A DNA stretch of 64,000 bases from Amphiscolops sp. MND2022. Taxonomy: Eukaryota. Below, in pieces: positions 25,701-37,700 of this stretch. The stretch is taken from positions 18,044,001-18,108,000 of the forward strand of contig OZ076409.1 of assembly GCA_964187785.1 (NCBI GenBank). Reading direction: 5' to 3'. Position numbers and translations under genes: made by a program. Numbering within the stretch: the stretch's first letter is position 1; each line of letters opens with the position of its first letter. Under the pieces are notes generated by a model. That model saw only the letters and a list, made by a program, of their open reading frames with translations, was not told the origin of the DNA and made no database searches.

Positions 25701-28700
25701 CCGACAAACGATTTATACAGCGTTCGAAAGAGCATCGAATCTTTCAAATCAATTATTAAACTGCTGGGCTGGGGCCGCACTGGCTCCGGATTTTGCGCCA
25801 AACCTTTGCAGGCGTGGTGTCTCTGGCTGCAGTTCAGCATGTTTCAAAACATGCTAGGGCCCCTTCGACCTAATCTTGTCCCTAGTATTATAAAGTGGCC
25901 ACACAAGAAAACAGGAAAATAGGAAATTTTGCGCTAATTTTTTAAAATCTTTTTGGTCCCGTTTTTCTGATTTTCAAGTTGGAGACATCAAGTCAACAAT
26001 CCGTGAAAATGCGTGCAATTCTATGTTGTTTTGTCTAAAAATCTTATTCAAGAGTTTTCTTTACCATACGGTGGGCTGGTGCCTTTAGAAGTTCGCAGAT
26101 CTTAAGTGGTACAAATACGTACCGCGATGCTAAATAGGCTTAAACACAACTTGAAGAGAGAACTGGTGACGTCTTGAAGACGACATATCAATTCATACCG
26201 AAATTTGTTTTATTTAATTACAGCGTTATGAATCTGATTCAACTGACTTCAAATTTTTTTGACAGTTTCTCAGATTTCATATTCTAATATTTTCCTACAT
26301 TGTTGACAGAAACGTTCTTGTAAGAAATTCCGATCCATTCAAACGCTCCTGATTGTTGTTTGATGAAATGCGTAAATTATCACAGGGTGGTATTTCCTTC
26401 CATGGATAACAAAGCATGTAGCTTTCTTCTATGAATCTTCATGAATGAATCACGTCTTGATGGAAAAGGCCATGATCCAAATGTAATACCAATTGCTTGC
26501 GTCAGTCTGACAGCGAACACTGATTGACAGCCACAGTTGTCTTGCTATATATACAAGATGCTGAACTTTTTTGTAACTTTTTTTTAAATTCAAACAAGCG
26601 TAATCACAAATTATCGATTCTCATTAGATTTTTAAATACCAGCTAAAATTATGAACCTAACCAACGCAAATTAAGACGATGGTACCACGACATTTTGGTT
26701 AAGACAATCTCCTGTTCAGTCGTCGACATCCGTACCTCTTTCACGAGAGGCTATCCCGTGGGACTCCCTGCTTACCTCATGAATACAATCAGAATAACAC
26801 CACGAAACGATGTAGAGCGGAAGAGTGAACATAATTGGTGGGAAAGACAGGAGCTGAGGCACATGCCTATGTGGAATACAGCTTAGGGACTTGATGGTCA
26901 AATAATTAAGCTTGACCCAAGCCTACATAACTTCGACTGATTACAGAAAAGAAACCAGCAGAACATTTCATCAAGGTCTTTGCTTATATTATTCAAACTT
27001 GCTCGGAACTTTGAGTCTCATAACTGTTAAATAGAAACATGAAAATATTTGTATGACGAAAATAAAAGTCTCAAGATCACACTTCTGGAGAAGTCACCTT
27101 CTTTTTATTTCTTTGACGTTAATTACTGTTCATATTTTTGAATTCATTCCTGCTGCAACATTTTGAAAGGGAAAACACGAAACATGAGTTAGGTTCTTAG
27201 GGTTCTGATAGCTAAAATGCCTTAAATATATGATTTATGAACTTCAGTTCCATTTTCTTCATTCAAGTCATGTGTTTTTTCTTCAATCGACTTATTTTTC
27301 CCAGTTTGTAGCCTTTCAATCGTTTAAAGACATTATTTTTCGCTTTCTTTAGAAACAAAAAATCTTAATTTTAGCTGCGAATTTTTTGCTCCCCGGTTTC
27401 TGTCATAACTTCTACAGCTTGTATAATGTATACCTTCTACAACACTAATTCATAGGTCCTGCAGGTTAACGCTAGGTTTGGGAAGCAGTAGTGAGTTTGA
27501 TCAGCTTGCAAAGGTAAAGAAAAGGTCAAAGATTCCCCTTTGGGGTTTCTTCGACACTAATAGACTTTTTTAGATTTTTTAAAACGAAGCCCTTCGATTT
27601 TCATCAGAAACACACACTTTTTGGATTTTTTTGAGGTTTCCGATTCGAGAAAACCTATTCCCGAGTCTTAAGGGTGACTTCTGCTGGACTGTTGAGCGTT
27701 TTGTCAATAGTTGTTAAGAAGCAGTTTTTCGGCTCTGTGCGACGTTCTACGAATACTTTCTGTTCTCCAGAGTTTGGCTGCATCGGTTTCTTGATAATTC
27801 CAGTTCAGAAAACAAGTTTTTGAGCCTTAAGGGTAACACCTTTGAGTATTTTTGGCACTGTGCAACTTTTTTGAACCAACAGTTTTCGGAAAAAGTTGCA
27901 GTATCTAGTTTAGTGATGTTTTTAGTTCAGGAAAAGTCTCTTTTTACCCGCAAAATTCCCCTTGATATTTGTTTGTTGCAACAGAATACAAACCAGAGCC
28001 GCATGTGCGGTAAAGGAGTCGGCTTAGGTCTTTTTCCTTCTGACTCGCTCGAATCCCAGTCATACAAATTCATTGAAATTGCACACATAGGACCATATTA
28101 TGGTGCTCCATAACTAAAGAAAATTTCGTTCGAATCGTTGGGACAGTTTTTGCAAAAATCAAAAAAAGTCGAAAAATGGCTGTTTTTTGGCCATTTTTGG
28201 GTTAATTTTGGCTATGTTTCTCACATCCTAGCCATACAAATTTAATGAAATTGCACATAAAGGACTATAATATGGAGTAGAATGACTGTAGAAAATTTCG
28301 TTCGAATCGTATGGACAGTTGTTGAGAAAATCGAAAAAATTGAAAAATGACAGTTTTTGGTCGTTTTTGGCCTAATTTTAGCTATGTTTCTCACATCCCA
28401 GCCATACGATTTTGATGCCATTGCACATATAGGACTCTAATATGGTGTAAAATGACTGTAGAAAATTTCGTTAGAATCGTATGGACAGTTTTTGAGAAAA
28501 TTGAAAAAAGTCGAAAAATGACTGTTTTTTGGCCATTTTTGGGCTAATTTTGGCTATGTTTCTCACTTTCCAGTCATACGATTTTGATACCTTTGAGCAC
28601 ACAGGGGCCCCTTTAGGTGTAGAATGACTGTGCAAAATTTCATGAAAATCGTTCGGACAGTTTTTGAGAAATTTGAAATTTTCATGAAAAAACAAAAAAA

Positions 28701-31700
28701 AATACGACACAATTGGTTAAGTAGTCGAAAATTTTTTTCCGACTCCTAAAAAACAGGCAGTGAAACTGTGCCTCTTATAATCTTTAGTGTAATTGGTTTC
28801 TGATATATATTCAGATATTTTGGGCGTTTTTTCTGGATTTTGTACGTTACTACCTGAAAACTAGACCAAGGGAAGAACTTTTCAGCACAAGAAACAATAT
28901 TTCACAATCGGGAATAACATCTAAAAAACGGGAAAAACGTCTAAATCTTTAGACGTTATTCCCGAAAAATGAGTAAAATTTAGACGTTATTCCTTTAGAC
29001 GTTATTCCTTAGACGTTATTCCCGCCCCGAGAAAGATATTTGTCAATAGGAATTGAATTATCGACTGAAAAACTTGAAAAACAATTAATACCATTGAACA
29101 GGAATAGGACCTAAAAAACAGGAATAAGACCTAAAACTTTAGGTCTTAATCCCGAAAAATGAAAGAATTCTTAGGTCTTATTCTCGTTTTCGATTTAGGT
29201 CTTATTCCGTAGGTCTTATTCCGTTCTCCCGTCAATAAATAGGGGCGCGAATAACGTCTAAAGGAATAACGTCTAAAAGGTGTTCCGGGAATAACGTCTA
29301 AAGGAATAACGTTATTCCTTTAGACGTTATTCCCGGAACACGTACGTCTAAATTCAATGTATTAAGATTGGGAATGAGCATTAATTATTCCCTGTCAATA
29401 AAGTATAATAGCAGAATTTGTCTGAATTTCTTGGATTAGAATTTTTCATTTCGGAAAATTTTGTTGATTTTTTTATCGAAAAACACCAAAATTTTCAATA
29501 CAATCGAAAAACTTCAACGAAAATGTTAGCAAAAACCTTTAAATAGTCATTTTTGCTAGTTTTCGAAGTTTTGTGAATTGCTTCGGCGCTGAAAGTGGTT
29601 GAAAAAAAATTCAATTTCAACCAATCAAAACAGTCTGATTTTGATATTCCGTTCTAAAGTAGTTCCCCTAAAAAGCCGTGTATAACTTTATTATGGAAAT
29701 GTTTCTGTTTTTCCAAAACCGAAAAGTGATAAATATTGCCTATGCCAACGGTTTCCATGCAAAAAAAAATTTCTATCGGAAAAAAATTCCAGTTATACGA
29801 ATTTGTTTGCCACACTGGCACACGTAAAAATTTGTTTACATCGAATCACAACACTCATAGAATTTGAGGTTTGCCCGCAAAAACATGGAAAATTTTGCGG
29901 GAAATTTTTCTTGAACTTCCTTGATGTTGCTCTGAAAACCCGCCAAGTTGTATAGAAATCCTAATAAATACCTGAAGAAATGGCATTGCATCAGGGAAAT
30001 TGTTTAGCATTAATGATTTTCCATGAAACTCCCAAAATCATGCTAAAAGTGTTTGGCAGCCTATAAAATCATGCAAAAGTTTCAAGCAGTTTCAACTAGG
30101 GATACCATAGGTCACTCAACAATGACGTGATAGTGTAATTGAAAATTTTATACTTACGGTGGGGGCGGAGGCGGAGGCTGAGTGAAGACCCAGAAGCCGA
30201 CCAGAAGAAGCACCGCGTACGCAGCAGCTGTGACGAATACTCCAATGGTGAAGAACACCACTGCCGCGGCCGGGGGTGTTAAATTGATGAGTTCCAGAGG
30301 AGCTGGAAAAAACCAGTGATGTGGAAACGGGAAATGATAACGTCATCACAACTGTAAGTTTTACTATAAATCGATCAAATTTTCAACCGCTGGCTATCAA
30401 CAAAAGCGTTCAGACCATACAATTACTAACCAGAGCCGCATGTGCGGTAAAGGAGTCGGCTTAGGTCTTTTTCCTTCTGACTCGCTCGAATCCCAGTCAT
30501 ACGTTTTTGATAAAATTGCATATATAGGACCCTAATATGGTGCCTAATATGGTGTAGAATTACTGTAAAAAACTTGTATGATAACTTACGAGCAGCTGGG
30601 GCTGTGCGAATCGCGATATGTCCTGGTTCTCCGACCAGGTTGCAAAACGTTGCATATACCTGAAAAGTGAAAAGAAAACAATTAATAAAAATTCTCTTAG
30701 ATATTTTTTAAACAGTTTTCAATCAGACTTTGATGAGGGATAGCTGTCATTGAATTCAGAAGTCAAGCCGGTTTGCTAAAAACAGGAAGCATTTTGAGAC
30801 AGGTTCAATAACAACTAACTCTCCATATTAGGCCAAATTCTAGCAAGAAAAAGGCAGCATTTTAAACGGAAACCTTACAATTTAAGACCAAACAAAAAGC
30901 TGAAGAAAATACAATAAATTTTCCGAAAGGCGTCATCCATTATTTATGTTTTAAAGCAATTGCCTTTTCAGACTATAATCGAATTATAATATTGATTACA
31001 GTATCATAATAGGCTGTTCACAGTCGACAACCAGAACCTTTTTTAAAATTAGCACTTTACAAAAATGTGTAAGTTTGACGGTAATATGTAACTGCGAGGT
31101 TATTTGTTATTTTCCGCCCACATATAATGGGGGAGGAAAATCATAATCTGTGTTATATTTTCCGCCCACATATAATGGGGGAGGAAAATAATAACTGTGT
31201 TGCGTTTTGTCCAAATTCTGCCAAATCTCCATGATCTCCATCCACTACTTGACTATTTTAGTTACTTGACTATTTTAGTTACTAGTAACTAAAATAGCCA
31301 AATATCTAAATTAGTCAACTAAGAAAGTGGAAAATATCCCGGTGCTTAGCGGGCATCTTGTTCATGATGCACTTTTACTAAGTTTTCGGAGACCATATTT
31401 CAATTTCACAGGAATGCGATTTGAGTTGACTCCAATATTTTTCAAAAACCTAGTTTGTTACAAACAAAAATATTGCACATAAGATGAGACGAAAATAAGA
31501 AATAACAGAAATCAACTTGACTCGTAGAACATTTTGCGGAAAACATGCATGGTAACCTTGATTATATAGACTCCATGGTTGGTCAAATTATCGAAATCGG
31601 CTTCAGGGGATGCGGTGACGTATCCTTCGTCTTTGGTTGATCCGATGGGGCCATGGGTGGGGTCTACCAGGGGTGGGTCAAAGGTCACTGAATATTCGTC

Positions 31701-34700
31701 GGCTGACCCATACTCCAAAGTCCAGTTCAGCTTCAATCTGGTGTTGTTCAAAAAGAAGTGCTCAAGAATTGGCTCGTCTGGGTCTGAAGCATTGCATCAA
31801 CGTTTATCAAGCCTTCAAACGAAAGCTAAATACAAGGCATCAAACTTACGTATAGCATTTAGAAAATGAGTTTTAAAAATCTTTTGTGGAATCAGGTATA
31901 GGTTTTTTAGAATTGAAATACTGAGAATACATTGAAAAAAGTTGAACATCTAGCCTGCAATTTGAGTCAATTTTTTTTTCAGTAATGAAGTACATGTACG
32001 GTGGAATTTACAATTGTCTCGTCTGTTATTTGTACTTTGGCATCTTGGATGCTAGCCAGAGTTAATTTGGTCACTGATAGAAATCGAAAAAACGTTTGAA
32101 ACACAAGCTTGTAGAAAAAGATTTTACGGAAGTTGGAGCCAATGCAGGTTTGCAGGAACATCTGTTGTGGTTACGAGGAGGAGCAAGGTTCAACTTACAA
32201 GTACATGCTTCGACTGTGTCTTCGGTGATGATGCTTAAAAGATCTTCGATTCCATTGGTTCGGTCACACTTGTAAACTGTTTGGGCGGTTGCCTTCTCAG
32301 TGTATCGTGTTCCCGGAAATTTCCCAAAGTAGCTGAAACCCAAATTATTAACAGATTTATATTCATAATATCTGGTGATCGTGAATTGGACTGCAAAAAC
32401 TGAAAACCTAGACTGTTCCCCGGATTCTGATGCTGTAAACTTTAATGTCAAAGTTGAGTGAAAATATTTTTCAGTATTGAAGGATATATACGGTGAAATT
32501 TGTAGTCTCGTTTGGAAGGAAAGGAAAGTTTATTTCATTGAATGTTGTATTAATAGAAACATGGCATTTGATTCAAAATATACACATTGAATTTTGACAG
32601 GGGATGGTACAGGCAATGTTTTCTGCGAATTTCATACGTGCAACGATTACCAGCATGTGTGAGAATATTAAGAAGGCTATATTCCCTCTGAGCTACAAAG
32701 AAACTTCATGAATCAGATGTATCAAGTTCAGATGCGGTGAGGATTTTGTACTTAGTCAGAACAATAGATAAGCTTTCACTATTTCTCGAAAAAAAAAGAA
32801 CGAAGTATTCGCCGTAGAGCTTCGTCAATCAAATCGATAATTGTTTTTGCTGCACTTCCATATGCTAGTAGACCATGTAAGTTACTAGATCTTGCATATG
32901 ATGAATGATAAAACATCAACTAACGTTCTTTTGGAAACAAATTCCTCGCATTGTACATCAAACAGGAGAATTTATCAGGCTTCCGGACAACATGAGCAAT
33001 ATGATTGGCGGAACGTAAAATTATATCGATATACAAACCTAGATACTTACAGGAATCTTTGATTTTTTTTCGGTTGCCAAATAAACTCGAATGCCTTCTC
33101 ATTCCAGCGCCAAAAGGCAGTTTTCCACACTTCTCTGTATAGATAGTCACTTTTATGCCGAACGACATGATGCATTTAACGACGACAGATCCCAGTCGTC
33201 AGAGACTGCAATTGAAGCACAACACAAGCTAAAAACTCCAGTCGGCTTATCCAGTCGTCAATTACATGAAAGCATAACATGCAGTTTTATGTATAGTTAT
33301 ACAGTGCATCGATTAGTATTTCACGAAAATCATTCCCCATTTATGTAGCAGTATTTACCAATCCATTTCATCCAGTAGTTGCAAATTTCATGTATTGCGT
33401 CGATTCAAACTAGCAACCAAAACAATCAGTCGTCACCAACAAGTAGTGCATTGATCTATATTATATGAAAGTTTTGTATCCATAGTTACCACCACCACTT
33501 TATTCGTAAATTAGTCGGAGCTAAACGCGTGAAGATTAGAAATGTAATAACAGGTGTGAAAGTGCTGCGAAGTAGATTAACGATGACTGAAGTTACCAGT
33601 CTTCTAATGCACCTTGAAGCGTAACTTACTAGATCAATAAGAAACACCGAAGAAGGAGACGCAAATTATTAGGTATTATGTACGCTTGACTTGAAATATA
33701 GAAGGTGCTAAAACGAAGTAGAAAATTACCAGTTGAAATTGTGCTACCATTAAGATCAGACGTACTCTACACGATATTGAAATTAACCTTTTACCTAGAC
33801 CATTTAAATATACATGAACACTTTCCTCAATCCGATATTAATTCAAACCTTTCAAAACAAAATTATTACTTGAAAAAATGGTGAATACAAAATCTCAGAT
33901 CCTTAGAGAGAATAGAGTAGAACAGTCAGGAGGAGATGAATATTCGGACAATGAAGATAACATTGGCGTAGTTGACCACTATTCAGGAAGTTACTTTAAC
34001 GATCATGATGATGAAGTGATGAGATCGCAAGAAAGGGATCATGAAAGATCCAGGATAGAACAGAGATTCTTGGAAATGAACAAGACAATTGGTGAATTAA
34101 CGAGTATGGTTAGAGCCCTTACTGAGAAAGTTACAAACAGTAGGGAAGAGAGTGATCCTAACATCCGCAACTTCAGGACGTTGCCTCATTCTCCTCCCTA
34201 CTGTTTGATCTGGTTATTGATCTGGTAAGTCACGCTTCAAGGTGCATTAGACGACTGGTAACTTCAGTCGTCGTTAATCTCCTTCGCAGCACTTTCGCAC
34301 CTGTTATTACATTTCTAATCTTCACGCGTTTAGCTCCGACTAATTTACGTTTAAAGTGGTGGTGGTAACTATGGATACAAAACTTTCATATAATATAGAT
34401 CAATGCACTACTTGTTGGTGACGACTGATTGTTTTGGTTGCTAGTTTGAATCGACGCAATACATGAAATTTGCAACTACTGGATGAAATGGATTGGTGAA
34501 TACTGCTACATAAACGGGGAATGATTTTTGTGAAATACTAATCGATGCACTGTATAGCTATACACAAAACTGCATGTAATGTTTTCAGGTAAACTGACGA
34601 CTGGATATGCCGGTCGTTCTTTTCTATAAAAATGTTTTATGAGTTATAGCTTGTGTTGCGCTTCAATTGCAGTTTCTGACGACTGGGACATAACGTCGTT

Positions 34701-37700
34701 AAATGCATCATGTCGTTAGGCAAGACAGTCACTTTATTGTACCAAAACCAATCACTACTTTCAGCAAGATCAGTTTGGAGATTTAAATGATTACAATTGT
34801 CCTCTTCCATTATGGCAAAAATGGCCATTTTATTTGTTTGTTATTTGTAGTTTGGCATCTTTAATGCTAGGAGAAGTTAAATTCAGTATTTGGAGAGAGA
34901 AGAAGCCCATAAGTCGGGACTGCTAGAACGTATCACATGTTGCAGGCCTTTATGCAAGGTAACTTTTTTAAAAACTTACATAAATGGTTGAGCTCCCGGT
35001 AGCAAGTTTTATTACAGTGGGGTAACCGGCAAGGCCTTCCAAAACTCGGGAAACGGTTGGCAAAAACTTGGGAATGCATGGACGAGCTTTGCTGTCCATA
35101 ACTGAAAATCTCGGAAACGCATGGGCGCAATCAATTATCCGTTGAACATAACCTGTCCATCCGTTTCTCACTAAGTGTGGAATACATATCATAAAATGTC
35201 TGAATTATGCCTTTGCAACTAGAGACAAGTATTTGCCGAATATCAGAAGTTTAATAAACCATTCACAGGTACTTTTTATCCCGAAATCATTCTGAAAAAT
35301 GATTGTCATACATTCCTCTTTTCTATCAATCTACCTTATATCCAGTGATATTCTATAATGGCTGGCTGATAAGGTGAATTGTTGAATGTCAGTTAATAGT
35401 TATGTCATCTATTCATTAGTTTTTGTTTTTGTAGTATTTGTACAATTATCAAACAAGTTTTATTGTTTTGATTGAAAAAATTTAAACTCATTTTTGTATG
35501 AATATTGCAAATGTTCATGGAAGAACGTCGTAAGATCTTTCTGGCTAGTCTTTTCAAACAATATGAATTAAAAATCAATAAACTTGAAATTATTGCGAAT
35601 CTCAAGTTATAAATTACTGTTAGTGACGAAAACCGTAAAAAAAATATATCATGAATAACCCATACGTTCAGCAATGTACAACGTTTTTTGGTCTTCGCCA
35701 ATTAGTTCTCCGGGGTTTCACCCAGTGTCGAATTTCCGTATCTCTTCAGTCATGAATAATTTTGAAATATCGTGAGTAATTCAAACCACCTTTAAAAGAG
35801 AATTCGTACCTTTCCTGTAATGTCCGCAGTTTCTTTTCACTATTACGACAGAACCGTCACTGCAATATTATGAATCTTGTACGATTAGACTGCTAATTGA
35901 CTAAAGATATTCACTAGAAGTTCACAAATATGCTCACATTTCTGATTTTCTAAGGAGAAATGATTCCGAAAAGAAACATTGTTTCATTCATCTCTATTCG
36001 CGTGTGAAATTGAGACGCCAGCAATTTTTAGACTGCGGAAACAATGAAAAATTTTGTTCCATGAAAGGCTTTGAGTCGATTCATTTTGGAAGGAAGTGGC
36101 TCGGAGATTTACTCACACAATCTGTGCAGAGTCGTTGACGTATATGGGTCTTGGGAAGTCGGTTTTGGTGTACACGTAGTTATCGGCTCCTCCCTCGGTT
36201 GGGGGATCCCATTTGATAATGAACTCAACTGTCGACTTGGGCTCGTACCGGAAGTTTATGGGGGGTAAGGGACCTAAAATCACATGAGTTTATAAATCAG
36301 TTTATAAATCATATATGAATAAGAAACTTACGTAAAAATTAGTAATGAGACGTTAAAGCTAATTAATTTCTTTGTCATCATATTAGTGTAGTCTGAAACG
36401 AAATACTTCATTGGATGATTTTGTACGTATGACAATCAACAGACGTCAACTTAGTGTATTTTCTACATAAAATATTTTTGACTACTAGTTTTTTGCTCAA
36501 AAAGGATAAAATAAAACGAACCCTGTCAAATTTTCGTATTTTTTGCAATTTCGTTCTTGCAAATTTTGGAGTGGAATTTATCTGAAAGTTGAGTTTAAAA
36601 AACACAGTTTAAAAAGGCAGTGTACATCATTAATGAATAGAAAGAAGTATTTATAAAACATTACATAAGACCAAGATTCGCTACTTAAACTTATAGGAGT
36701 TCCAATATTTCTTACCAAATTCTGATCTAAATATTCTTATCAATTTCTGATCGTGCTGAAACCGTATGAGATAATTTTGTTTAATTTTTTGCTTAGCAGT
36801 AACATAAGCTTATTTTTTGTTTTGATAGAATCAGGTAGGGTGTTCCACAGTGCTATCGCTCTTTTGAAAAAGCATTTGCCTATAAAGTCAGTTCGTTGTA
36901 TCAGGTTAAAATATTCCCATTTCGTTCTGTTTTGTTTTCTAAGAACTGCAGTGGGTGGTATCAATTCCCCTAAGAAAGCAGGCATTAGATTGTTTTAAAA
37001 TTTCCAGAAATATATCGATACTTTAGTGTTGAGAAAATAACGAATTGGCATGATGTCATACGCAAGTTTAAGGTCAGAAGAACTATCATATTTATTTCTA
37101 TAACAAGACGGGAACGTCTAAAGTCGGCGCTATATCTAAGGCTCAAAGAAGCGCAAAAGACTTTTTCTTGAAATTTTTCAAATTTTTTCTTTCAGGAAAT
37201 GTCGCATAGTGTCGAAAAATGTAAGAAGGGGGACCCTTTGGACTTTATTAAAATATATTCTGTTTCAAAATATCAAAAAACTCGAAAGGGGGACTCTTTT
37301 GAGACATTAAAAAATTTTCGAAAAAAAGTCGCACAATGCCGAAAAAAAATCGAAAGGGGGACCCTTTAGTCTCGTCCGGTTTCGTAGGTTACGTTAAAAT
37401 AGTAAAAAATGAAAGGGGGGACCCTTTTGCACTAATTTCCGCTGACCGGACTTGGCCTTATGGTAGTAGTTTTGGTAGTTTCGATTGTAAGAAAAGTGGC
37501 CCAATCAGAGTGAGATTGTAGTCTGGCGAAAAAAAACTAGCCACTGTAAGTGTCGGACTTTCAGTAATACCATTCAGAAGAACTGCCGAAAAATGCAGAT
37601 GGCTCATTATTAGGAAATTAAAGAGCAAAAGTCGAGCATTAGTCGGTAGGAAATCATTCAGTGCGTAAAGTGTCATGTCATTTTTCGAAGAATATTTTTA

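Noticed and set aside
25611..26143. TTAA-flanked piggyBac-like element
   Set aside because: The two ends are not inverted repeats of each other
26695..26901. GC-richer island with short ORFs and a GTAAG in the last intron
   Set aside because: No recognisable product and no convincing acceptor in a compatible phase
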